Assembly (NCBI GenBank): GCA_046758745.1
Contig: JBHIAV010000017.1
Span: 1-50,994, forward strand
From: Gemmatimonadota bacterium
Lineage (GTDB): Bacteria > Gemmatimonadota > Gemmatimonadetes > Palauibacterales > Palauibacteraceae
DNA length: 50,994 nucleotides
Reading direction: 5' to 3'
Shown here: positions 7,593 through 15,960 of the stretch, in pieces
How positions within the stretch are numbered: position 1 is the stretch's first letter
Layout of the letters: each line of letters opens with the position of its first letter
Made by a program: the position numbers and the translations under genes
The notes under the pieces: model-generated
The model's database searches: none
Seen by the model: only the letters and a program-made list of their open reading frames with translations
What the model was told of the DNA's origin: nothing

Positions 7593-8585
7593 GTGCAAGA
7601 AGCTCCCCGATACCAGCGCCTCTTTGCCGAGCTGAAGCGGCGCAACGTGTTCCGCGTCGCCGCGGTGTACGGCGCGACGGCCTTCGTCGTCCTCCAGGTC
7701 GTCGATCTGTTCGCCGAAGGGCTGGACCTCCCGGCGGTCGTGCTCCGCTCGCTCACCGTCTTCATCCTGGCCGGATTCCCGATCGCGCTTGTTCTCGCCT
7801 GGGCGTTCGAGGCCACGCGGCGGCTGAGTCCGGGGAACGCCGAGGCGCACGAGTACGCCGGCTACGTGCTCCGGAGGGTCGGGCGCTTCGACAAGTCCAC
7901 GGAAGCTCTCGAGCAGGCGGGGCGGCTCGATCCCCGCAACCTGACCCTGCTCTGGAACCTCGGGATCAACTACCGGGTCCAGAGACGCTTCGATGAGGCC
8001 GCGCGCCGGTTCGCCGAGTCGCTGGCCGTGCTGCCGGAGAACGACCGCGGGCGCGGCTTCTGGTTCGAGAGCGAGCTGTTCGGACGGGGAGACATCGAGG
8101 CGGCGACCCGGATCGCCCGGGACTCGCCCGGCTTCCGGCGTCCGGACGCCCGGGCTCTCGCCGAGAGCTGGCTCGCCCTCTACGGGCGCCACTTCGGCGC
8201 CGCGATCGAGGCCCGGCCTGTGCCGCCCGGAGGGGATCGCTTCGGCCGGGTGGCCGCCGCGCGTTCCGTGCTCGGCATCGGGCTCGCCCTGCGGGGCGGG
8301 GCGAGCGATGCGGCCGAGGCGATCCGGATGGGCGAGGAGGCGGTGCGAATCTACGGAACGGACCGGGACGTCCTCGACGGATTCCCCTCGGAGCGGTATC
8401 TGCTACGCATCTACTTGCTCACGGGGCAGCGGCGCGACGCGCTCGATGCGATCGAGCGCTTCCTGGCGCGGCCGTCCTTCCTTGCCGCCGGCGAGCTCCG
8501 GCTGGATCCCATCTACGACCCGCTGCGCGGCGACCCCCGGTTCGAGGAGCTGGTGCTGCGAGCCGAGGCTCTGGCGGTGGAATGA
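7593..8585 (+). CDS. Membrane-anchored TPR protein ('FAELKRR' family), apparently internally deleted
   Basis: N-terminal FAELKRRNVFRVAAVY...LAWAFE is fused directly to TPRs and a C-terminal DPIYDPLRGDPRF; it lacks the third TM and the TolB-like domain present in the neighbouring paralogue. Confidence 0.8.
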   Translation: MQEAPRYQRLFAELKRRNVFRVAAVYGATAFVVLQVVDLFAEGLDLPAVVLRSLTVFILAGFPIALVLAWAFEATRRLSPGNAEAHEYAGYVLRRVGRFDKSTEALEQAGRLDPRNLTLLWNLGINYRVQRRFDEAARRFAESLAVLPENDRGRGFWFESELFGRGDIEAATRIARDSPGFRRPDARALAESWLALYGRHFGAAIEARPVPPGGDRFGRVAAARSVLGIGLALRGGASDAAEAIRMGEEAVRIYGTDRDVLDGFPSERYLLRIYLLTGQRRDALDAIERFLARPSFLAAGELRLDPIYDPLRGDPRFEELVLRAEALAVE

Positions 8586-10441
8586 TTCCGCCCCCGCCGG
8601 AGACGCCACCCTCGTCGGAGAGGCCGCCCCGCTGGCAACTGGTCTTCGCGGAGCTCAAGCGCCGGAAGGTCTTCAAGGTGGCCGCCGTATACGGCGCCAC
8701 CGCGTTCGTGGTGCTCCAGGCGGCGGAGCTGCTGGCGGAGGGGCTCGCCCTGCCGCCCGCGCTCCTGCGCTCCGTGACGGCGCTGCTCCTCCTCTTCTTT
8801 CCGGTGGCGCTGGTGCTCGCGTGGGCCTACGAGACGACGCCCCATGGCGTACGCCGCACCGACCCGGCGCGAACCGGCGAGCTGGAGGCGATCGTGGCGG
8901 AGCCTCGCTCCCGGCGGTGGCGGTCGGGGTTGCTCGCGCTCGCCGGCACGGCGCTCCTCCTCGCGGGCCTGTGGACGGTGGGTGGGCCGCAGCTCGCCGC
9001 CCTCATGGGCCGCGGCGCACGGGCCGGCGAAGCCGCGGGTCGGCGGCCTGCCGGCGGCACTCCCTCGGTGGCCGTGCTCCCCTTCGTAGACATGAGCCCC
9101 GAGGGAGACCAGGCCTACTTCGCCGACGGGGTGGCGGAGGAGATCCTCAACGTCCTGGCCCGGATCGACGGTCTCCACGTCGCCGCGCGCACCTCCTCGT
9201 TCAAGCTGCGCGACGAGGACGTCGCGACGGTGGGAGCCCGGCTCGGCGTGAGCAGCGTGCTGGAGGGGAGCGTGCGCAAGCAGGGGAACCAGGTCCGGGT
9301 GACGGCGCAGCTCATCGACGTCGCGGACGGCTTCCACGTCTGGTCGCAGAGGTTCGAGCGGAGCCTGACCGACATCTTCGCCGTGCAGGACGAGATCGCG
9401 CGCGCCATCGCGGGCGCCCTGCGTGTGGAGCTGACGGGCGGCAAGGAGGCGGCGTTCGCGCGGTGGGGCACCGGGGACATCGACGCCTACAATGCGTATC
9501 TCCTCGGCCGCTACCACTGGAACCGGCGCTCGCCGGACGCCCTGCGAAATGCCGCGAAGGCGTTCCAGAAGGCCATCGACCTCGACCCCGACTACGCGGC
9601 GGCCTACGCCGGACTGGCGGACACGTACTCGATCATGGCGGGCTACGCCTACGAGCCGCCCGCGGGGATGTTCCCGAAGGCGAAGGCGGCGACGCTCGAG
9701 GCGCTGCGGCTCGATCCCGACCTCGCGGCCGGCCACCGGTCCCTGGCGTTCGTCGAGCATGCATGGGAGTGGAACTGGGAGGCCGCGGAGCGCTCCTACC
9801 TGAAGGCGCTCGAGCTGGCCCCCGACGACGGCTTCGCCCACTACTGGTACTCGCTGCTGCTCACCGACGTGGGACGATACGAAGAGGCCGAGGCGGAGAT
9901 CCTGCGCGCCCGGCAGCTCGACCCGCTGGCCCCGCAGATCGGCACCGGAGTCGGCCAGTACTACTTGAGCGTGCGGGAGTTCGACCGGGCCGCGGAAGCG
10001 CTGCGGGAGGTGCTCGAGATCGAGCCCGACTTCCTCGGCGCCCGCGCCATGCTCGGGATCGCGCGTCTGGCACGGGGCCGCTACGCGGAGGTCCTGGAGG
10101 AGACGGCGGCGTACGAGGGCCTTCACTGGGGGTACGTGCTGAACCGCGTGCGGGCGCTGTGGGGGCTGGGGCGGCGCGACGAGGCCCGCGCGCTCGCGGA
10201 TCGGGCGGGAGCGGAGGCCGACTCCGTGTACTGGGATCCCGTGCTGCTCGCCGCCGTCTACGCGTCCGTGGACGACGGGGAAGAGGCGCTCCGGCAGCTC
10301 GAGCGGGGCTACCGGGAGAGGGCCACGACGTTCGTCTCCGGCGGGTTCTTCCGCTGGGTATTCGATCCGCTGCGCGTCGATCCGCGCTACCGCGCCATCC
10401 TGCGCCGCGTCGGGCTGGCGGTGCCGCCGGACGCGCCCTGA
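8582..10441 (+). CDS. Membrane-anchored TolB-like/TPR protein ('FAELKRR' family), full length
   Basis: FAELKRRKVFKVAAVY, three TMs, SVAVLPFVDMS...YFADGVAEEIL...VAARTSSF...LEGSVRK, TPRs, FDPLRVDPRY. Confidence 0.9.
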   Translation: MIPPPPETPPSSERPPRWQLVFAELKRRKVFKVAAVYGATAFVVLQAAELLAEGLALPPALLRSVTALLLLFFPVALVLAWAYETTPHGVRRTDPARTGELEAIVAEPRSRRWRSGLLALAGTALLLAGLWTVGGPQLAALMGRGARAGEAAGRRPAGGTPSVAVLPFVDMSPEGDQAYFADGVAEEILNVLARIDGLHVAARTSSFKLRDEDVATVGARLGVSSVLEGSVRKQGNQVRVTAQLIDVADGFHVWSQRFERSLTDIFAVQDEIARAIAGALRVELTGGKEAAFARWGTGDIDAYNAYLLGRYHWNRRSPDALRNAAKAFQKAIDLDPDYAAAYAGLADTYSIMAGYAYEPPAGMFPKAKAATLEALRLDPDLAAGHRSLAFVEHAWEWNWEAAERSYLKALELAPDDGFAHYWYSLLLTDVGRYEEAEAEILRARQLDPLAPQIGTGVGQYYLSVREFDRAAEALREVLEIEPDFLGARAMLGIARLARGRYAEVLEETAAYEGLHWGYVLNRVRALWGLGRRDEARALADRAGAEADSVYWDPVLLAAVYASVDDGEEALRQLERGYRERATTFVSGGFFRWVFDPLRVDPRYRAILRRVGLAVPPDAP

Positions 10442-10457
10442 AGTAGATCCTTGCGTC

Positions 10458-10550
10458 ATGCACGACTCCCCCACAGCTCGGCCAGCGGGTCCCCGCCCCA
10501 GGCTGGCAGCGCTTCCTCGCCGAGCTCAAGCGCGCTTCGCCTTCGAGCAG
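10458..10550 (+). pseudogene. Frameshifted N-terminal relic of a third 'FAELKRR' TPR paralogue
   Basis: An alternative frame at ~10498-10533 reads PGWQRFLAELKR, followed by ttcgccttcgag (FAFE; compare AWAFE). Confidence 0.65.
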
Positions 10551-10684
10551 CCTGTCTCGGTGCTCTCCGCCGGGACGGCGGCAGAGGATGACGTCGGCTT
10601 GATGCTGCGCCGTATCCTGGCGCGCAGGCGGGCGGTAGTTTTGTACTGCCGGCTTGAGGGGGTTCGACGGAGGTTGGTGCCGCA

Positions 10685-11248
10685 GTGAGACACGAACGGA
10701 TGGGCTCGGCGGTTGTGTCGCTCGAGGAGTTCGAGCGGTTGCCGGAGGAAGACGCCTTCCGCGTCGAGCTGTCGCGCGGCCGGGTGGTGCGCGAGCCGCG
10801 CCCGGGTGCCGAGCACGGCTGGCTCGCCGCGCGGCTCTTCCGCGCCATCGACGGCTACGTCGAGGAGCATGGGCTGGGAGCGGTGGCGATCGAGACCGGG
10901 TTCCTGCTCTCGCGGCGTCCTGCGACGGTGCGCGGACCGGACGTGGCATTCATATCGAAGGACCATCTACCGCCGGAGGGGATTCCGACCGGCTTCTGGC
11001 CGCTGGCCCCCGAGCTCGCCGTCGAGGTGCTCTCACCATCCAACATCGCGGCGGAGATCCAGGAGAAGGTGCTCGAGTACCTGGAGGCGGGGACCCGGCT
11101 CGTCTGGGTGGTGGATCCGCGTTCGAGCACGGTCACCGTGTGGCATCCGCCCCGGCAGGCACGGGTGCTCCGGGAGGGCGAAACCCTCGACGGATCGGAC
11201 GTGCTTCCCGGGTTCGAGCTGGAGGTGGTCGACATCTTCCGCCGCTGA
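10685..11248 (+). CDS. Uma2 (DUF820) endonuclease-like protein, copy B
   Basis: Same motifs as copy A with long identical stretches (LPEEDAFRVELSRGR, AAEIQEKVLEYLEAGT, DVLPGFELEV). Confidence 0.92.
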   Translation: MRHERMGSAVVSLEEFERLPEEDAFRVELSRGRVVREPRPGAEHGWLAARLFRAIDGYVEEHGLGAVAIETGFLLSRRPATVRGPDVAFISKDHLPPEGIPTGFWPLAPELAVEVLSPSNIAAEIQEKVLEYLEAGTRLVWVVDPRSSTVTVWHPPRQARVLREGETLDGSDVLPGFELEVVDIFRR

Positions 11249-11451
11249 GCCCGGCCCTCCCCCCGCGACGGAGGCGGCGCCGGTCCGGCGGAAAGCGTGA
11301 CCCGTCGGCTCGGGTCCGGGCGTGGCCGGCCTTCCTTCCGGCGCGTCGGCGAGCGAGCGGGGTCGGCGGCCCGCGCTACGGCAGGAACTCCCCCGGTGAA
11401 CCGGCGGTTGCCTAGCAAAGGCATTATCTTGTTGGAAAGAAGGAGCGTCCC

Positions 11452-12531
11452 GTGCTTCGTCGCCTACTGTTCGCAGCGATTCCCGTATTCATAGTCGGCA
11501 TGACCCCGGCGCGACCGGCCGTCGCCGGCCCGCAGGAGAAGCCACGCGACCAGAGACTGGAAGAAGAATTCCAGTCCTCTCAGGGGATCTCTCCTTCTCG
11601 CCGGCTGGAGTCCCGCCGGGAAACCGAGGATCGGGCACTGGAAAGGCGGGTCGTCGAGCAGCCCTCGATCAATGGAGGGTATGGAGTCGTTCTCGAGGTC
11701 GAAGAAGAGACGGTTCGCATCGACTCCCGGACCAGCCGGCGAACGCGGCGGGAGTTCGCTCCGGATTCCGATGGCGGACGGAGGCTGATCCAGACGATCG
11801 AAGAGGAGCGCGTGGAGACGCCGGACGGCCGTCGGCGCATCGTTCGGCACTTTTCGCAGCCGGACGTGAACGGCCGGCCTCGAGCGACCCGCCGTGAAGT
11901 GGAGGTGACGGCTCCGGAGGGCGCCGGAATCTATCGGACGGAGATCGAGGTGTCGGTGCCGGACATCAATCGGAGCGGGTTCATACCCACGGAACGCATC
12001 GAGCAGCGAGAGCGCCGGGACGGAGAACGGGTCCTGGAGGTCGATCGGACGACCTACTCTTACCGCGCTGGACATCGAAGCTGGCAAGCCACGGAAAGAC
12101 GGACCACGAATCGTGAGGTCGGGGAGCGGGAAGTCCGGACGGTCGAGCGCGTCTATTGGCTGGACGGGAACGATGACCTGTTCTTGCGCGATCGGATCGT
12201 CAGCCGGGAGTGGACCGACGCGCGGGGGGCGGAGCACACCACGGAGCAGGTCTATACGACGGACATCTCGGCTCTCGGCCGCTCGAAGGAGCCGCGTCTC
12301 TTTCAGCAGATCGAAGCGGTCCGCACGACGCGGCCCGACGGAAGCTGGCGGTCGACCCGCGAGGTCAGGGAGCGGGGGGTGAACGGGCTCCGACTGGTCG
12401 AGCGGGTGATCGAAGAATCCCGCCCGGATGGCAAGGGCGGAACGATGACGATACGAGAAGTCCAGAGAGCCGACGGAAACGGCCGACTCCGAACCGTGAG
12501 CGTCAGCCGACGGAGTGAATCAGAGTCCTGA
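11452..12531 (+). CDS. Secreted hypothetical protein with repetitive charged beta-hairpin-like segments
   Basis: AAGGAG RBS, signal-peptide-like N-terminus, recurring PD.NG/D.NG turns and R/E/T-rich strands. Confidence 0.7.
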   Translation: MLRRLLFAAIPVFIVGMTPARPAVAGPQEKPRDQRLEEEFQSSQGISPSRRLESRRETEDRALERRVVEQPSINGGYGVVLEVEEETVRIDSRTSRRTRREFAPDSDGGRRLIQTIEEERVETPDGRRRIVRHFSQPDVNGRPRATRREVEVTAPEGAGIYRTEIEVSVPDINRSGFIPTERIEQRERRDGERVLEVDRTTYSYRAGHRSWQATERRTTNREVGEREVRTVERVYWLDGNDDLFLRDRIVSREWTDARGAEHTTEQVYTTDISALGRSKEPRLFQQIEAVRTTRPDGSWRSTREVRERGVNGLRLVERVIEESRPDGKGGTMTIREVQRADGNGRLRTVSVSRRSESES

Positions 12532-12707
12532 TTCGCCGTCCCACGTACCGCTGCGATCCCACAAGGTGGATCGAGGCGTACCCCTCCTCCTCAAGCACCT
12601 CGAAGTGGTGGCCCGGAGTACTGCCGTCAGCAGCTGTCCGGCCGGGGGACGACGATGGTGGATCGCCTGAAGGCGGCGTAGGCGCGGCCCCGAGCGGAGC
12701 CCCGTGC

Positions 12708-13985
12708 ATGCGCCGGCGCGCGTTCCTGCTCGAGGCGGGCCGGGCGTCGCTCGGTCTTGCGACCTGGAGGTTCGGCATGCCGCCTCTCTTCGTGGACGAA
12801 GCCTCCGCCGACCTCCCACGCGGTTCCGATCCCTTACGCAGGGGCGGGAAGGCGACCGGGACGCGGGATGGCCCCGAACCCCTCACCCTCTTCCTGTGCG
12901 GCGACGTGATGACGGGAAGGGGCATCGATCAGGCGCTGCCCCACCCGGGAGACCCCATCCTGCACGAGGACTACGTGAAGAGCGCCAGGCGCTACCTGGA
13001 GCTCGCCGAGCGGGCGAACGGTCCGATCCCCGCCCCGGTGGGTTTTTCCTACGTGTGGGGAGACGCCCTGGAAGAGCTGGATCGCCAGCGGCCGAACGCG
13101 CGGGTCGTGAACCTGGAGACGAGCGTCGCGGCGGGCGGTGAGCCATGGGAGGGGAAGAGCGTCCACTACCGGATGCACCCGGCGAACGTGCCCGTCCTCG
13201 CCGCCGCGGGGATCGACTGCTGCGTTCTGGCCAACAACCACGTCCTGGACTGGGGCTACGGGGGGCTTGAGGAGACCCTGGAAGCCCTGCGCGGAGCGGG
13301 GGTGCGGACCGCCGGGGCGGGCTCGGGGCTCGCGGAGGCGGGCGCCCCGGCCGTGCTCGAGGCCCGGGGGAGGAGAATCCTCGTCTTCGGCTTCGGCTCC
13401 GTCACCAGCGGCATCCCCCCCGGCTGGGCCGCCGCCGCGGAGCGGCCGGGGGTGAACCTGCTGCCGGACCTCTCGGAGCGCACCGCGCGGCGGGTCGCCG
13501 CGGAGGTCCGCCGTGCCCGCCGGGCGGGGGACCTCGTGGTCGCCTCGATCCACTGGGGCGGGAACTGGGGCTACCGCATCCCCGACAAGGAGCGGCGCTT
13601 CGCCCGCCTCCTCATCGACGTGGGCGGGGCGGACATCGTGCACGGCCACTCCTCCCACCACGCGAAGGGGATCGAGGTGTACCGGGAGCGCCCGATCCTT
13701 TACGGCTGCGGCGACTTCCTGACCGACTACGAGGGGATCGCGGGTTACGAGGAGTACCGGGATGACCTGGTCCTCATGTACTTCGTGACCCTGGAGCCGT
13801 CCGGGGCTCTCGCCCGGCTCGAGATGACGCCGCTTCGGACCCGCCGCTTCCGCCTGGAGTGGGCCTCGCGGGAGGAGGCCGGCTGGCTGCGGGAGACCCT
13901 GGACCGGGAGAGCCGGGCCCTCGGGTGCCGGGTGGACCCGGGCGAGGGCGGGAGGCTGGCGCTTCGCTGGGACTCCGGCGGGTGA
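12708..13985 (+). CDS. CapA/PGA_cap family metallophosphoesterase with Tat-like signal
   Basis: MRRRAFL; LFLCGDVMTGRG, VNLET, LANNHVLDWG, SIHWG, VHGHSSHH, YGCGDF. Confidence 0.9.
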   Translation: MRRRAFLLEAGRASLGLATWRFGMPPLFVDEASADLPRGSDPLRRGGKATGTRDGPEPLTLFLCGDVMTGRGIDQALPHPGDPILHEDYVKSARRYLELAERANGPIPAPVGFSYVWGDALEELDRQRPNARVVNLETSVAAGGEPWEGKSVHYRMHPANVPVLAAAGIDCCVLANNHVLDWGYGGLEETLEALRGAGVRTAGAGSGLAEAGAPAVLEARGRRILVFGFGSVTSGIPPGWAAAAERPGVNLLPDLSERTARRVAAEVRRARRAGDLVVASIHWGGNWGYRIPDKERRFARLLIDVGGADIVHGHSSHHAKGIEVYRERPILYGCGDFLTDYEGIAGYEEYRDDLVLMYFVTLEPSGALARLEMTPLRTRRFRLEWASREEAGWLRETLDRESRALGCRVDPGEGGRLALRWDSGG

Positions 13986-13991
13986 ACGCGC

Positions 13992-14168
13992 CCGTGCTCG
14001 GATCTCTTCCTCGACGCCCTCGAGGCGTTCCGCGCGCAGCCGGGCGAGCGTCTGAGTTTCACCGATGCGGCCATCCTCACGGTAGCGCGCCGCCATCCGC
14101 CGGGCCTCCTCGCCACTTTCGACCGAGGTTTCGCCGACACCGCGGGAATCTCGGTCATTCCGGAGTGA
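13992..14168 (+). pseudogene. C-terminal half of a PIN/VapC toxin (startless relic, absent from the ORF track)
   Basis: PCSDLFLDALEAFRAQPGERLSFTDAAILTVARRHPPGLLATFDRGFADTAGISVIPE*; LSFTD and ATFDxxF PIN motifs; lies just after the CapA stop in the same frame. Confidence 0.8.
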
Positions 14169-14245
14169 TCCCGGAGCACGCGGCGGGCGGCGAGGCTTCT
14201 CGCTCCCGAGCGGCACCGGCACCCACCCTTGAAGGGAGGCGCACC

Positions 14246-14707
14246 ATGAGAACCGTCGGCAGCGTGGTCCTGGGCTACGTGGTGATCTTCGCCCTCGTGT
14301 TCATCACCTTCTCCCTGGCGTACGGCATCCTGGGGGCCGATGGCGCGTTTCGGCCGGGCTCCTACGAGATCTCGGGGCTGTGGATCGCCGTCAGCATCGC
14401 GCTCGGGTTCATCGCCGCGGGCGTCGGGGGCTTCGTGTGCCTCGCCGTGGGAAGGACCCCGCGGGCGCCGAAGTTCCTGGCCGCCCTCGTGCTCGGTCTC
14501 GGTCTCCTGATGGCCATCCCGGCCTTCGCGCCATCCGATGAGGCATCGCCCAAGGCGCGGGAGGCGGACGTGGGAAACATCGAGGCGATGCAGAACTCCG
14601 AGCAGCCGGCCTGGCTCGCGCTCTTCAACCCGGTGATCGGGGCCGCGGGCGTGCTGGCCGGTGCCCGGCTCAAGAAGCGCCCGACTTCTGAGCCGCCGGC
14701 CGCCTGA
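14246..14707 (+). CDS. Hypothetical membrane protein (about 4 TM)
   Basis: GGGAGG RBS; hydrophobic segments starting MRTVGSVVLGYVVIFALVF. Confidence 0.8.
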   Translation: MRTVGSVVLGYVVIFALVFITFSLAYGILGADGAFRPGSYEISGLWIAVSIALGFIAAGVGGFVCLAVGRTPRAPKFLAALVLGLGLLMAIPAFAPSDEASPKAREADVGNIEAMQNSEQPAWLALFNPVIGAAGVLAGARLKKRPTSEPPAA

Positions 14708-14801
14708 GGGGAGCGCCACGCCATGCTCGCTGCGTGGCCCACGGATCCGAGGTGGGTTGGGCGGGCCGCACCGAAGGCGCGGGGCCCGCCCGGAGGCGAC
14801 G

Positions 14802-15671
14802 CTAGACGACCACCCCCCACGCCGCGCTCTTCGCCCATTCGGCGAACCGCTTGGGGCGAAAGCCGAAGCGCTCGGCGAGCCCCTCGATGTGGACGTCGTA
14901 CCCGACGCGATCGAACCACTCGAGCATGATGGCGAAGTCCTCGCTCCACGCCCGGATCTCCTCGATCGGCGTCGGCTCGAAGGTGACCTTCTTCCCGGTG
15001 ACCTCGCTCAGGATCTCGGCCGCCTGGGGCAGGGTGAGCTCGTCCCCCGCGATGTCGATCTCCTGACCGTTCAGCTCCTCGGGGCGTTCGAACGCCAGGC
15101 GGCCGAACCTCCCGATGTCCTCCACCGCGATCATCTGGAGCCTCGTGTCGGGCTGGATCCCGGCCCGCAGCACCCCCTCGTCGATCCCCGGCTTGAACCA
15201 GGGCGAGAGGAAGTTGTCCATGAAGAAGACGGGGCGGAGGATCGTGTAGGAGGGGAACCCGAGCTCCCGCACTTTCTCCTCGATCCGCCACTTGTTGTCG
15301 AAGTGGGGGATCCCGGTGCTCCGGTGGGCCGAGCCCACCGACGTGTAGACGAAGTGCTGCGCGCCGGCCGACCTCGCGAGCTCCGCCAGGCGCTTCCCCT
15401 GGGCCTCCTCCCCCTCGACGCCCGCCTCCCAGGTGTTCTGGACGCCGAACACGCCCCACGCCCCCTCCAGCGCCCGCTCCAGCGATGCGGGATCGTCGAA
15501 GTCGCCCTGGACGACCTCGGCTCCGAGGGCGGCGAGTGCCACGGCCTTCTCCCCTTCCGGATTCCGGGTCATCGCCCGCACCCGATGCCCCCCCGCCAGG
15601 AGCGCTCGGGCCACGGCGCCTCCCTGCTGACCGGTGGCGCCCGTCACAAGGATGATCGACTCTTCACTCAC
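14802..15671 (-). CDS. NmrA/HSCARG-family NAD(P)-binding protein
   Basis: ILVTGATGQQGGAVA, PHFDNKWRIEE, TILRPVFFMDN; GTG start with GGAGG RBS. Confidence 0.92.
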   Translation of the reverse strand: MSEESIILVTGATGQQGGAVARALLAGGHRVRAMTRNPEGEKAVALAALGAEVVQGDFDDPASLERALEGAWGVFGVQNTWEAGVEGEEAQGKRLAELARSAGAQHFVYTSVGSAHRSTGIPHFDNKWRIEEKVRELGFPSYTILRPVFFMDNFLSPWFKPGIDEGVLRAGIQPDTRLQMIAVEDIGRFGRLAFERPEELNGQEIDIAGDELTLPQAAEILSEVTGKKVTFEPTPIEEIRAWSEDFAIMLEWFDRVGYDVHIEGLAERFGFRPKRFAEWAKSAAWGVVV

Positions 15672-15880
15672 CGTATCCTCCTTTGCCTTTTCGTTCCGCC
15701 GCTTTCGGCCTCCTGCCTGTGCGCTCCCGCCATGAGAGCCGCACCTGCAGGTGGTAAGAATACACGCTCCGCTGGACGGGCGGGAAGTGTCCCGGCGGGA
15801 GCGGCGAACGGAGCCCGCGCGCTGACGCCGTCGTCGCCCCGCGGCGCCTCCTTGACCCGCGGACTCACCAGCCTCAACGT

Positions 15881-15930
15881 CAAGCTTCAATCTCAAGCTT
15901 CAATCTCAAGCTTCAACCTCAAGCTCAACT
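15881..15930. repeat. 13-bp tandem repeat CAAGCTTCAA(T/C)CT, 3 full copies plus a partial one, in the divergent intergenic region
   Basis: caagcttcaatct caagcttcaatct caagcttcaacct caagctcaact. Confidence 0.9.
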
Positions 15931-15960
15931 TCGGGCTCCAACCTCGAAGCGGGGGTGGCG

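Noticed and set aside
10631-10642. ops element GGCGGTAG upstream of Uma2 copy B
   Set aside because: The paralogous position in copy A reads GGCGGTAC and no long operon follows; more likely part of a -10 region.
11300-11350. Minus-strand RRKEGRPRPDP as a relic of a second arfB tail after Uma2 copy B
   Set aside because: Positionally suggestive, but low-complexity and without clear nucleotide identity to arfB.
12532-12700. Possible gene scrap (HHFEVLEEEGYASIHLVGSQRY on the minus strand)
   Set aside because: No family recognised; cannot be supported without a search.
15881-15930. Plasmid/phage iterons or CRISPR
   Set aside because: No rep gene, DnaA boxes or spacers; too short.
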